From Saccostrea cucullata (taxonomy: Eukaryota): a DNA stretch of 64,000 nt. The stretch covers positions 186,001 to 250,000 of the forward strand of contig NW_026933134.1 of the NCBI RefSeq assembly GCF_032062105.1. The letters are read 5' to 3'. The notes under the pieces were generated by a model. The model saw only the letters and a program-made list of their open reading frames with translations, was not told the DNA's origin and made no database searches. Position numbers and translations under genes: made by a program. Below, piece by piece: positions 1-10,738 of the stretch (position 1 is its first letter; each line of letters opens with the position of its first letter).

Positions 1-69
1 ACAAATTCTAGTTTTCAGTATATTTTTATTAGATCTTGTATGTGTAAATACACAATACATTTTTATGTA

Positions 70-1410
70 CAGTCGTTTGGTCAGTTCCGGATTTTGGCCA
101 GTTCCGAATAATTATTAATTTAAGGACTGATAATTAATAAATTGAATGGTGTAAAAATAAATTGATTTCTATGGTAAGAAGGCTTATTTATCAGTGTTTG
201 AATTATGTGAAGTTTTGATTTTTTGCCCTCGGTTTGGTTTCGTTATCGTACATGAAACAGTCGACATACTTTTACAACGCAACAAATCTGAATCACCGCG
301 ACGCGCAAGTCTGCAGAAAAACCTCTGTAGATACATTAATTTTTCACATAAAACCACGTTCCAGGTATCAAAAGTAAGTTTGATATGTACTCTAACATAT
401 ACTAAAAACTTGTCAAAAATAAATATTTAGAGCACTGGAAGATATCGAAATATTTACGTGTTCTTATTTTACCAGTTCCGAATACCCATTTTAAACACTA
501 TCATAAATTCACTCTTCGTTGTTTTCTTCATTGTAAACGTGACTTAGTATACCCCTGCTTGAAAAACAGGAAGGGGTATATAGTAATGGGATGTTTGTCC
601 ATCCATCCGTCTGTACGTCCGTCCGTCTGATATGCTCTGGGGTATCTATTTCTTATCCGCAACCCCTCTTCTACCACTGAAAGAAGTTTAATGAGGCTTT
701 ACAGAATTTAATGAGTCTTTCACAGAATCTTTGTTTAACAGTACCAAAGTGCATCTATTTTATTTTTGGATCAGGCACATAATTCGGGCTCCCTGAGAAA
801 AACATAGATACTGCCATTCTTTGTAATATTGAAAGGTATATCCATCTCTTATCCACAATTCCTCCTATACCACTGAATAAGACTCAATGATACTTTCACA
901 GATTCTTTATTATATTGTGACATTGTGACTTTTTATTTTACTTTTTGATCTGACTTATTTCGGGTCTCCCAGAGCAAAACATGGACTTTGTCATAATTAA
1001 TCATAAAGAAGGTGTGGGGTATCATTAAAATGAGCTCAGTGCCCACAGTAACTCTAGTTTCTCTTCAACCTCTGGAAATACAAATAATTTATTGGTAAGC
1101 AATTAATTTAACTTTTCTTATGCATGCCAATGGATAACGTCTGGGACGTATATTTTTTAATTTAAGGTTGAATTGAATAAGAATCTCTAGGTTATTCGGA
1201 ACCCGTCGGCTTATCCGTAACTGGTAAAATGGACACCTATGGTAACTTGCGAAATAATTTTTTTGGAGGGAAGGCTGAACTTTTATAAACAATATTTAAT
1301 TCCACAAGTCATCGAACTACCTTGACAAAACACTTAGATTTTGAAATGATTCCTATTATATTTATAGCACCGCCGAATCGGTTTCTTATTTGGAACTGGT
1401 CAAATAACTG
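70..1410. mobile_element. Non-autonomous Tc1/mariner-type DNA transposon (CAGT...ACTG, TA TSD)
   Basis: TA|CAGTCGTTTGGTCAGTTCC at the left end and GGAACTGGTCAAATAACTG|TA at the right end form an imperfect TIR. There is no ORF, and a HINE is nested inside. Confidence 0.65.
547..1059 (+). mobile_element. HINE/CvA-like (Helentron-associated) non-autonomous element with two internal core repeats
   Basis: 5' hairpin TATACCCCTGC...GGGGTATA, a (GTCC)n-type microsatellite, two degenerate core units (ATCCGCAA.../ATCCACAA...) and a 3' GGGGTATCAT...CACAGT...CTCTAGTT end. It is homologous to 59550-59920. Confidence 0.75.
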
Positions 1411-1543
1411 TATGCATTGCTTTAAAAGGGAAAACAACAACTAAATCACTACGCACAACTAATTACACAACAATGATTTATAACCAACTTTCCATTAAAT
1501 AAAGAATGAAAGTTCTTTACCATGCAATATGACTGGTATTTAA

Positions 1544-3880
1544 CAGGTCGGAGAGAAATCGGGTATTATCCGTGAAATCGCGTATAATACCCGATATAGG
1601 GTATCGTTGAATCCGCGAAATCGGGTATTCCGTGCAACTTTCTTTAAAAACAAAAGAATAAAGGAACGGCGCATTATGACAGTTACTGTTACTTGTACAT
1701 CAGTATCTTGTGGATTTATTTTTGTTAAACCTAATTCATACGGTTGTCAAATAAGTTTAAAATCACACGACAAACACTGCTGGGGTAACAAAGAGGACAC
1801 AATGGCGTTATTATTTTTCAATATAATTTCTAAAGACAAATAACTACACTTCGTTTGTCTTTATTTCCCATTAAAGTATTCCATATACTTAATTTTCTAA
1901 TTTGTGCACTATTCACAAAATGTGAAACTTTAAAGAAATTAAACGACTAACGCCGTGTTATGTATTTTTACTGAAAAAATGTATGGCGTCCCTTTCACGT
2001 GAAATATAAATTATTCCTAACAGTTAGAGAGTACAGTATAAGCGAGTCATAATTGTATATCTCTGCCATAATAGAATACCAAAGTTATTATAAAGAAAAA
2101 AATAATAAGATTAAATAAATACCCACTGGAAAACAGGTTGAAGATAGGTAATTGAAGGTGTATCTTTTTTATGTCAATTTAGCATGGAAATTTTTATTCA
2201 AAGACACCGTAAATTTTTTTGTTGCATTTTAATCGATACAAGATATGCTATTTTTTTCTTTAATTTATGCATTTGTGTGAAAATTGAGAGCGAGAAGTCA
2301 TATGAACAGGATTTCCTTATTTTTTTTGGGGGGGGGGGGGAATAAAAGTCAAATGTGTACATCTTTTCACGAGCTTATAAAACATTGAATTTCTCAATAT
2401 AGATCGAGATACAGTCATACTGAAATATGAATTACATAGTCAAAATTTCACATTTCTTATAGTTTCTACGTTTATGAATATGTTAATGAACAAACTGAAA
2501 TAGCGGAGTGTTCAAATGCCTTGGAAACTCTTGTCTTACTTTTTGGGAATATAATTCCTCATCGGACATTAAAATTTCATAAAAATTGTAGCCACTTCCT
2601 TTCTTTATTATACTATTTGAAAGACAGGGTAAATTTTACCTCTTTACCTTCTATATTTTTCTTATATCGCTATCTAATACCTCATTATAATATGCGAATA
2701 CAACGCACTATCTGATTGTTTCTAGTTCTAAACAATATGTCACAGTTTTCTTTTAGTTATTTTATATGTGATACTTATTACTCCTGGCAATAACTTTTCC
2801 TTATACTCATCTATAATGAAAAAATGTGTTAAAAAAATAAACATGAATTCTAGTTACTTGTAGTCTCATATTGTGTTAGAAAATAACAGGTTGCTTTTTG
2901 TTTACCTATATAATTTTTATTTGATGAATAAATCTTCTCTACAATTAAAAATATATAACCAAGTTTAACCGACCGTGACATTTAAAGAGAGGTCACTTGG
3001 ACACATGTAGAACACAGTCGAGGTTGTTTTGTCAGAGGTGGTCAAGAAGCCTTTAGCCCCCCTCCTCCCCCCCCCCTTGAAGTCGCCAAGAAATGGTAAA
3101 ATATTGTTGACTTAGCGAAATTAAACGATCAACAGTTATGTTTTCTCATAAGCTGTATTCCTGAAACTATTACTGTCTCTGCTAAAATGCTGAAGACATA
3201 TTCTGCAAATATGTATGAATGATTAAAAAAAAGATTTTCAAAAAAAAAAAAAGAAAGAGTTTTTTTAGCCGAAATTTTAGACATTTTTATCATTACATTA
3301 TTTAGACATTCATAAATAAATTTGATTTTATGCACAAGATGAATGTGAAAGTAATTAATGACGCATAATTAGATACGATAGACAGTTCCTTGTTTATACA
3401 TGGCATCATATCTTGTGTGTGAAATGTGTTTCCGTATAATTTGATTTATTTACAAATTGTTCATGTTTGTCGTGTTGATGTGGAATTATTATAAATTCCC
3501 GAATTCTGATACTTTACCATTCTGTTGTGCTGGGAATGAACATGAGGAAGATGCATATACTTTCAATGTTATGAAAAATATAAAGCAAATCGAACGCCTT
3601 TTTGTGTGCAGATCATGAAATGTACTGACCTCCACGGGTATTTGTTGTCCTGAGCGCATTAATCTTGACGCCCAAATTCTTACTTGGCTAGTGATACCTT
3701 TAGAAAACATGGGTATCTAGATGAACGTTAACTCGGCAACATGTGCCATCCCATTGTTGAAGTTTTATTAGGTGATTACACCTCCTATACCCGATTTCGC
3801 GGATTCAACGATACCCTAATATCGGGTATTGTACGTGATTTCACGGATAATACCCGATTTCGAGTATTCTCTCCGACCTG
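1544..3880. mobile_element. Non-autonomous DNA transposon, ~85-bp TIR, apparent 5-bp TSD TTTAA (superfamily unassigned)
   Basis: CAGGTCGGAGAGAA...AATCGGGTAT (1544-1630) is the reverse complement of 3787-3880. TTTAA flanks both ends (1539-1543 and 3881-3885). Confidence 0.8.
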
Positions 3881-4240
3881 TTTAAAGTTACTACATGCCG
3901 TTACAAAATAAGCAATACGATTTAATAGATATTATTTAGAACTCAGCATTTTTAAATTCTTTACTTTCTTCTATTTCAAACACAAAAGGTTTAGGAATGG
4001 AATAGACTGTATTTCAATTCCCTTATTTTTCCACACTAGGCAGTTTTGTCAAAATTTGACAACTCCATAAATTGTGTTAAATACTGGTAACAGAGATAAT
4101 GATCTATGTGAAAAACACATCTTCCATACAAAACTTTATTATGTTGCTTGTGTAATAAAAATTGATTGGCATGATTGTATAATATCAACATATGACAATA
4201 TTGTCAATATTAAAACAAGCTTTGAGTAGTCTTAAAATTC

Positions 4241-7200
4241 TCATGATGTTACACTATCATAAAACCCTCGACAGCATCGGTAGACTTTGTCATACACATC
4301 TTGGAAGGCTTGTATATCATCACTCTGTTAAAGTCAAAATAACATGCTACATTTCTACTAGGAACTCAAAGAATTTATAAGGATAGCTCTTTACATCTTT
4401 TTCAATTATTTTGACAACCTGCTTTTTAAATTTTTATTAAGAGAATTTGTATAAAACCTTCAACATGAGGAGAAATTGCAGTGGCCTTTAACTTGACATT
4501 CAGATTTATCAATTAACAACAGTTATTTCAGTTCATATATCCCAATGAACTTGAAATAAAATACACCACAAAATCAGCCACATCTGCTTTATATTTATTA
4601 TGTTTCCAAAATAAATAAGATTACTTCAATTTTTCTATCCCTCAAGTTTCCTTGATTAAATGAGATTGATGAAATCCTTGTAACATCAACTTATGTGTGA
4701 GAAGCCTGTCTTGGTTTAAAAACTGATTCTTCTCAGCAGTGAAGGGAATAATCTGGGAGACATAAACACCATAAGCAGGTGAAAGGAAATACCAGAATAT
4801 CACTTTATTACATGTAAATTTCATAGTCATTATAATGACCTTCTTAGCAAATATAAACATACCACTTTGGTGTATTTTGGCTAACTTCTGTCAAACCAAT
4901 TGTTATGTCTTTGTTCTTGCAATAATTTGACTATGGTTTGTTCCATCTACCAAATCAATACATATTTAGGGTTCACAGCGGGTGTCACCTGTTAACAGGG
5001 GATGCATACTCCTCCTAGGCACCTAATCCCACCTCTAGAATTTCCAATGGTCTGTGTTATGCCCAGTTCACAGAATTGAATTGTTTGTAGTTTTTTTTTA
5101 ATTGAAACACTGTTTGTTATCTTCACCTTTTTCATTCAGTACAAAATTTTTAAACTTAAAAAAAAACATAAACATGGAAATACATGTTTTATTTCAATGC
5201 TATATGATTCCTTAGTTGGTGGATAATTTGTATTAGGTTTCTATGTATAGAGGAACATAAATGTACACTTCTTTAATTTTTTCTGGACAAAACGAACTGG
5301 GAGGAATTTTCTGACTTGCTTCTTTCACTTACTTACATTATAAATAATATTAAGATTTTAACTTACATAATAAGGATCCTCTACATATGTCTTACTGCCA
5401 TCTGTGTCATAGTCACCAAACATAACCAGCTTAGCTCTACAGTTCTTAGGTTTCAAATCATTTAAATCACTGAAAATAATGTTTTAAAAAATGTACATGT
5501 ATAAAATGTATTCTGATAAAATGCTATAGTTTTATAGTATAGTAATGCTATGCTCTTTCTCTCAACACCTACCACTACCAGATTGTCATGATGTTTTGCC
5601 CATCATAATATTTTTTTTCTCTTTTGTGGAAACCAATCACTCTTACTGATCCATTAAACAATAAACAAATTCTTTTAAAGTTATTACATGTAGTTTAGTT
5701 CAAAGGTAAACTCTGGTCAGAGTAGAGTGCAAGGTTACAGTTTCATTTACTGAATGTGTCTATTTCTTTACTTACCCCATATTATCATCATCCATACCAA
5801 CTATGTAATCAAAGTCTGAGAAGTCTGCAGTTCTGATCTGAGAAAAATAAAACGCAACCATTTAGTAGGCCAGGTTGATTATCTCCAACACCATTTAATA
5901 CATATACATATATAAGTATAAAGACATCAAGAAAAACGTAATGAACAGAATTTAAACCAAGTGAAGCAGACAAAAAAATAAATTTTTAAAACCAATGCAA
6001 ATCAGTTTTTTTAGAATACAATTACATGTACATACAAATTTTTATTGTGGATTTTTTGCCTCTATATTACCATATTTCATTTCAAATTGTCCTAGATATG
6101 TGAAATTATGTTTGCTTTATTAATATATATATGGGAAAGGCATATATTAAATTTAGAAAACTTTGCCACATTGAGTAAAAGTTTATATTTAATGCATTAT
6201 GTTCAAATAAATAGTGCAACACTAAACGTACATTGGCAGTCATTCTACGAGAATCATAATTTTTCTTTTCCGAATATCATTGTAAAAAATCTTTGGGCAT
6301 GTTGGGTTGGAGCATAGAGTGAAAAAATGGTCTGACAGGTAAATGGGTTTTTTTTCTAAGGCCTAAATATCTAATTACTAGGGATGTCAATTTTACTCGG
6401 TCAGCTTAGTCGAATAGTCGGATGCTTTAGTCGAACGATAGTCGATTATTCGTTTAATTCTAAAATAATTTTTCATATCATTTTCATTGTTTGTCTTTTA
6501 CCGACTAGTTTACAATATTTAATCTATGTTATCACCATTATACAACGAATATCTGAATTGTTAACATGTACGTTATACAATAAAAACTGTACATCAATAA
6601 GTACATGTACCCAGTTTATTTAATTTCAGAATTAATATATTAGCTGCACATTTTGTCTAAATGCAGAATATCAAACGCTCATATTTGTCCTTTCTTTACA
6701 TAACGGTAGTACATGTACCCCATACCGTATTTGGCCGAGTATAATACGCATTGATGTAAAATACGCACCCCCCTTTTTGAGTCTGAAACTGGGGAAAAAA
6801 ACGCAGTTCGGATGTATTATACGCAACAGAAAAATTTACCAAGCGATGTTCTGAACTATGAAAATCACGGTAATTTGTTACGAAAATCGGCGCGAGGATT
6901 AGGTGTCAAAAATTTACTGAACACAATTTTTTTAAAATACACACTTTATAACTTTCTCTTAATCCTGACATTCCGTATCTCGGCAATCTGGAGAAAATTA
7001 TTTATTCATTTATTTCAACAAAGCACAAGATAATGTTGCGTAAAAGTATTAACAGATTTTTTTAAAGAATAGTTACGGTGATTTTGAAATTATGCGTCGC
7101 CATATTCTTAGATGAAATAATTTTATTTTAACAAAGCAAGAGATATTGTCGAAAGTTTTATCAGTTGTCATATTTAATTTTGGTTCTAGATAATCATGCT

Positions 7201-10200
7201 TAAAATTATCTTACATTATTTTAACAGGAAACGAAATTGAAACATCAAAGTATTTATTTATTTAACAAGACTACGATTTTCCTCTTCTGAATCTTCGCGG
7301 ATATCTTATTTTCTAAATGATACCACTTTTATTAAAAGTTTTAGCATAATTTATATTTCATTTCTCAACTCTCAATTATTTAAACAAGAGGCCGATAAGT
7401 ATAAGATAAGGTAAAATTACATTTAACAAGTGTTTAATTGTTTAACTGCCGTAATCAACACATGCTCACCATGCTCAAACATACCAAAGGTCATAAACCG
7501 ACCCCCAATTTTTAACAAAGAAAATAATCACAGCAATTAACATGGCAGTAAATAATCAGTGCTCTAACTGTAAAAACATTGCTTTGGAGTCGGTAGACAA
7601 TTAATTGCCCCGAGGGGTGTTGATAGGTAATTATCATTTGACCAGCGCACGTGTGTCACAACATTGGCTTCCTTTCATTGGGACGTATTGAGGGGTGTTA
7701 ATATTGTTGTAGATTATCACTGAGTTATTTTAAACCTAAAATTAATATTTATTTTGTTGTATTTCATTAAAAAATGATTTATTACTTTGTCTGGCAGATA
7801 AGGTGCATGTGCACTTTCATTCCGGAAGCACGTGACATAGCTATGAGTGAACGTCTAAAAATAACATCGGTAATGGCGGCCTCCTCGGAGACAATCAACA
7901 TGCAGCTCAAATTACTTTTTACTTACTTTTTCATGTTATTTGGGCATAAAAAGATTATGAAAGTGACATTTATAAGAAGCATACCTTCCAACAATAACTT
8001 TCCGAAGTTTAAAATATGGCAATTAACAAAAGAAATTGCATGTGTCTCTAAGTAATACTACGGTATGTACGTACCATGGCCGTTTTTCAACTGAAAGAAA
8101 AACTTGTCAAAATCCCATTGTGATGTAAAATACGCATCCCTTTCTCACAGAAATTTATTTTAGGAAAAAAGTGCGTATTATACTCCCCTAATTACGGTAA
8201 TTGAAGCCAATTTCTACGTGTCCGTCAATGATCTTTAAAGGTAAACAATTAAAAAGTGTTTCTTATAAAAACAAAGAGAGCGAGAGCTTGGGATAAATTT
8301 TAATAATGAACTTTTGTGCAAACAATCAATGATTGTATGAAATTAATATCAGGAAAAGAAAACACGGTTTAATTACTTTCATAACTGACCCAAGTTGACA
8401 TTAATTTATAATTTTGTAATTGCTGTTTAATTAGAATTCTTTCTGAATAGTTGTATCACGTCAAATCTTAGTTTGAATCTACAAAACTTTACAATTGCCC
8501 TCTTCCTTTAAAACAGTAAGAGGTAGACAATCAATAATAATCATGTTTGTGATTTTTCTTTCCCACTCTGCTTTTTTTTTCATTTTTGCGGAGACATTAC
8601 TTTAGGAAAATTTCACTTCAAGACTGTGTATATGTTTGACTGATTCGGCATGTGAAAAATCATGTTTGACATTACATTGCTTTGCAGATTAAAAGTTCAG
8701 ATTCACATAACCTCGATAAAACTGTTTAGTGACCTTTTTTAAGCTATACCAAAACTGTAGATTTTGAAGACGTTTGCCGAACATGCATCGACGTACATGT
8801 ACATACTTTGAGCAGTTATACCATACCCTTAATTTTACATATCAAAATATTGATCTGTAAATAAATGAAATGGGCAAATATAAGTTTATTGCCTTGAATT
8901 CAAAATTACTTTGATGAAACACATTTTTAACGAATAACCGACTAAAGAAATTTTAGTCGATAGTCGGTACCGGTATGATCGAACGATAGTCGAGTACTCG
9001 AATATTCGTTGACATCCCTACTAATTACCTGTCTACACTTGTGGCTGTAAGAGGTGATGCCGTTTTTCTGTAGTGTTCTGGTTGTTCTTTTGTCTGGATT
9101 TTTCCCTACATGCATATCTATAATCGCAGCACTGTCTACTTTCCACTGAAAGAATAGTACAAGCAATGACAGAAAAAAAATATTACATTAAGTTTACGTG
9201 GATCTACTTTCTTCACTCTAATTTCTGAGCTGTATCTAAACCTTCAAAATATTGCAACGTTGATCTTGTTGTTTCACCTGTCTAACACCATATTTTCAGT
9301 ATATAGTGTACTGTGTATTTATAATTTTCTTAGCAGTGTAGATTTAATGAACATCTTTAACGGTTTATATACTTCTTTTTTTTTATGGCATATTCTTTAT
9401 AGTGTTCTTGCATGTCTGTCAACTTAATCAATCTTATCTGATAATTAGATTATGATGCTATATACTTCAAGATATTGATTAACTAAGTTTCCGATTTAAT
9501 AAAACTGTACACTTTACATGTACATTACTTCTACTGTTGTAATCCAACATTCTAGAGGTTCAATGCAAGATGCGTGATACAATGTACTTTTGACAAAGTG
9601 CTGTGTAACAAGGTATGTAAGGAACCTAGGGACATTAAACTAAGGTTTTTATATAGGCCTACTTATAGAAGTACTGCTGTCCATGACATGCATCCTGATA
9701 TTTAGAAGTGATCACTGTATAATAACTAAACAAATGCACTTACTGAATCCCTTTCTCCTTTCTTTTCTAATAAGTCTACAAACAATGCCTCTGAAATGGG
9801 TGATCTACAAATATTACCTGCAATATCAAATAAAACATAAATTTGGCATGTCTTTAAGCACATAATTTTTGAAATATTTATGATCTCTTTATATAGTAGT
9901 GTGACAGTGTATGTTATTGCGGCCTAACAGCAGGTAAATGAAATGCAAATTTTAAAGTTATTTTAATGAAACAAAAGCATTCCGAATCCTACTTATTTTT
10001 AGCATCTTTGTTGGCCGAGAGTTTCCGATTCCAAATCTACTGTACAGGTAGTTTTAATTTTTCAGATTTATCTGCCAAATATTTTGTTGTAAATAAAGTA
10101 GATTTCAGATCAGAGACCCTTGGCTTAAATAAAGATGATTTTTTTTTGTTGAGATCATCTTTCCTTTTCTATTAAAGAACTTTTCACAATAACTCTGATT

Positions 10201-10496
10201 TGTTAAGAACATATCACTTACATATCAAAAAAAAATAGCATAGGTCACAGTGCAAGTTTTTAAAAGGTAAATCATTATTTCTTGATAGACCCCCAGGCCC
10301 TGTGCTCTGTGCATCATCAGATCATTGCATCCATGGACGCATTTTTATTTCATAAAGAATATGTCTAAACTTATCATTTATCTATAACTGATATTTGGAC
10401 CAACTGACTTTCTTATCAAATAAAGCACAATAACGCTGCTAACGGCTTTTGTATTGACATACCCAGGCAAATGAAAAGGACAGACTTTTTCGCCAT
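4241..10496 (-). CDS. ACP1: Low molecular weight phosphotyrosine protein phosphatase (LMW-PTP), 6 coding exons, 157 aa
   Basis: Exons 10463-10496, 9744-9817, 9029-9145, 5776-5837, 5367-5469 and 4241-4324. All have GT-AG boundaries, compatible phases and total 474 nt. Translation: [24 protein letters not shown]...WKVDSAA...DFSDFDYIVGMDDDNM...VEDPYY...VYRCCRGFYDSVTS*. It contains the LMW-PTP P-loop CLGNICRS and the general-acid DPYY loop. A candidate AATAAA lies on - at 4135-4140. Confidence 0.96.
4480..5135 (+). mobile_element. Decayed Penelope-like retroelement 3' fragment with internal inversion, in ACP1 intron 5
   Basis: Remnant RT motifs FNLTFR, IYPNELEIK.TT.S..SA and DYFNFSI on +; SPAYGVYVSQ and LLTHKLMLQGF on - (4642-4800); the family's conserved GGGGATGC..ACTCCTCCTAGGCACC motif at ~4975-5040. 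Confidence 0.7.
6379..9020. mobile_element. Non-autonomous hAT transposon in ACP1 intron 3 (TAGGGATG TIR, 8-bp TSD CTAATTAC)
   Basis: Termini are TAGGGATGTCAA...TTGACATCCCTA (Ac-like) with subterminal TAGTCG repeats. A perfect 8-bp TSD lies at 6371-6378 and 9021-9028. Confidence 0.9.
6725..8197. mobile_element. Non-autonomous Tc1/mariner-pogo-type element (CCGTA termini, TA TSD) nested in the hAT
   Basis: TA|CCGTATTTGGCCGAGTATAATACGCA and TGCGTATTATACTCCCCTAATTACGG|TA, with subterminal TGATGTAAAATACGCA repeats at both ends. Confidence 0.82.
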
Positions 10497-10738
10497 TTTT
10501 AAACCTCGGGATCGAGGTTACGTTGAATAGACACCGATCCCGATGTTTAATGTAAAGCACAATTTTAGGCGTATTCTTAATGTTTTCTTAATTTAAAAAT
10601 AATCTTTAACTGTCTTGAAAAATTTTGTTACCATACTAAAAAAATCACCAGTCCTTTTTCTCGTCTTTTTTTTTTTCGTGATGCTGTAAGCTAAAAATTT
10701 GAAGGCCGCTTACAACAAAATTTACATTGACAACAAAA
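10497..10738. promoter_or_regulatory. Compact bidirectional promoter/5'UTR region between ACP1 and TMEM237, with an X-box (RFX)-like motif at 10627-10640
   Basis: The two start codons are only 242 bp apart on opposite strands. GTTACCATACTAAA resembles the RFX X-box GTTNCCATRGNAAC typical of ciliary gene promoters. Confidence 0.6.

Noticed and set aside
9146-9743. Second mutually exclusive ACP1 exon 3 (as in vertebrates)
   Set aside because: Only a 9-nt similarity (AGAACACTA) near 9400; no open W..DS..G..PD exon with splice sites was found here or in 5838-6370.
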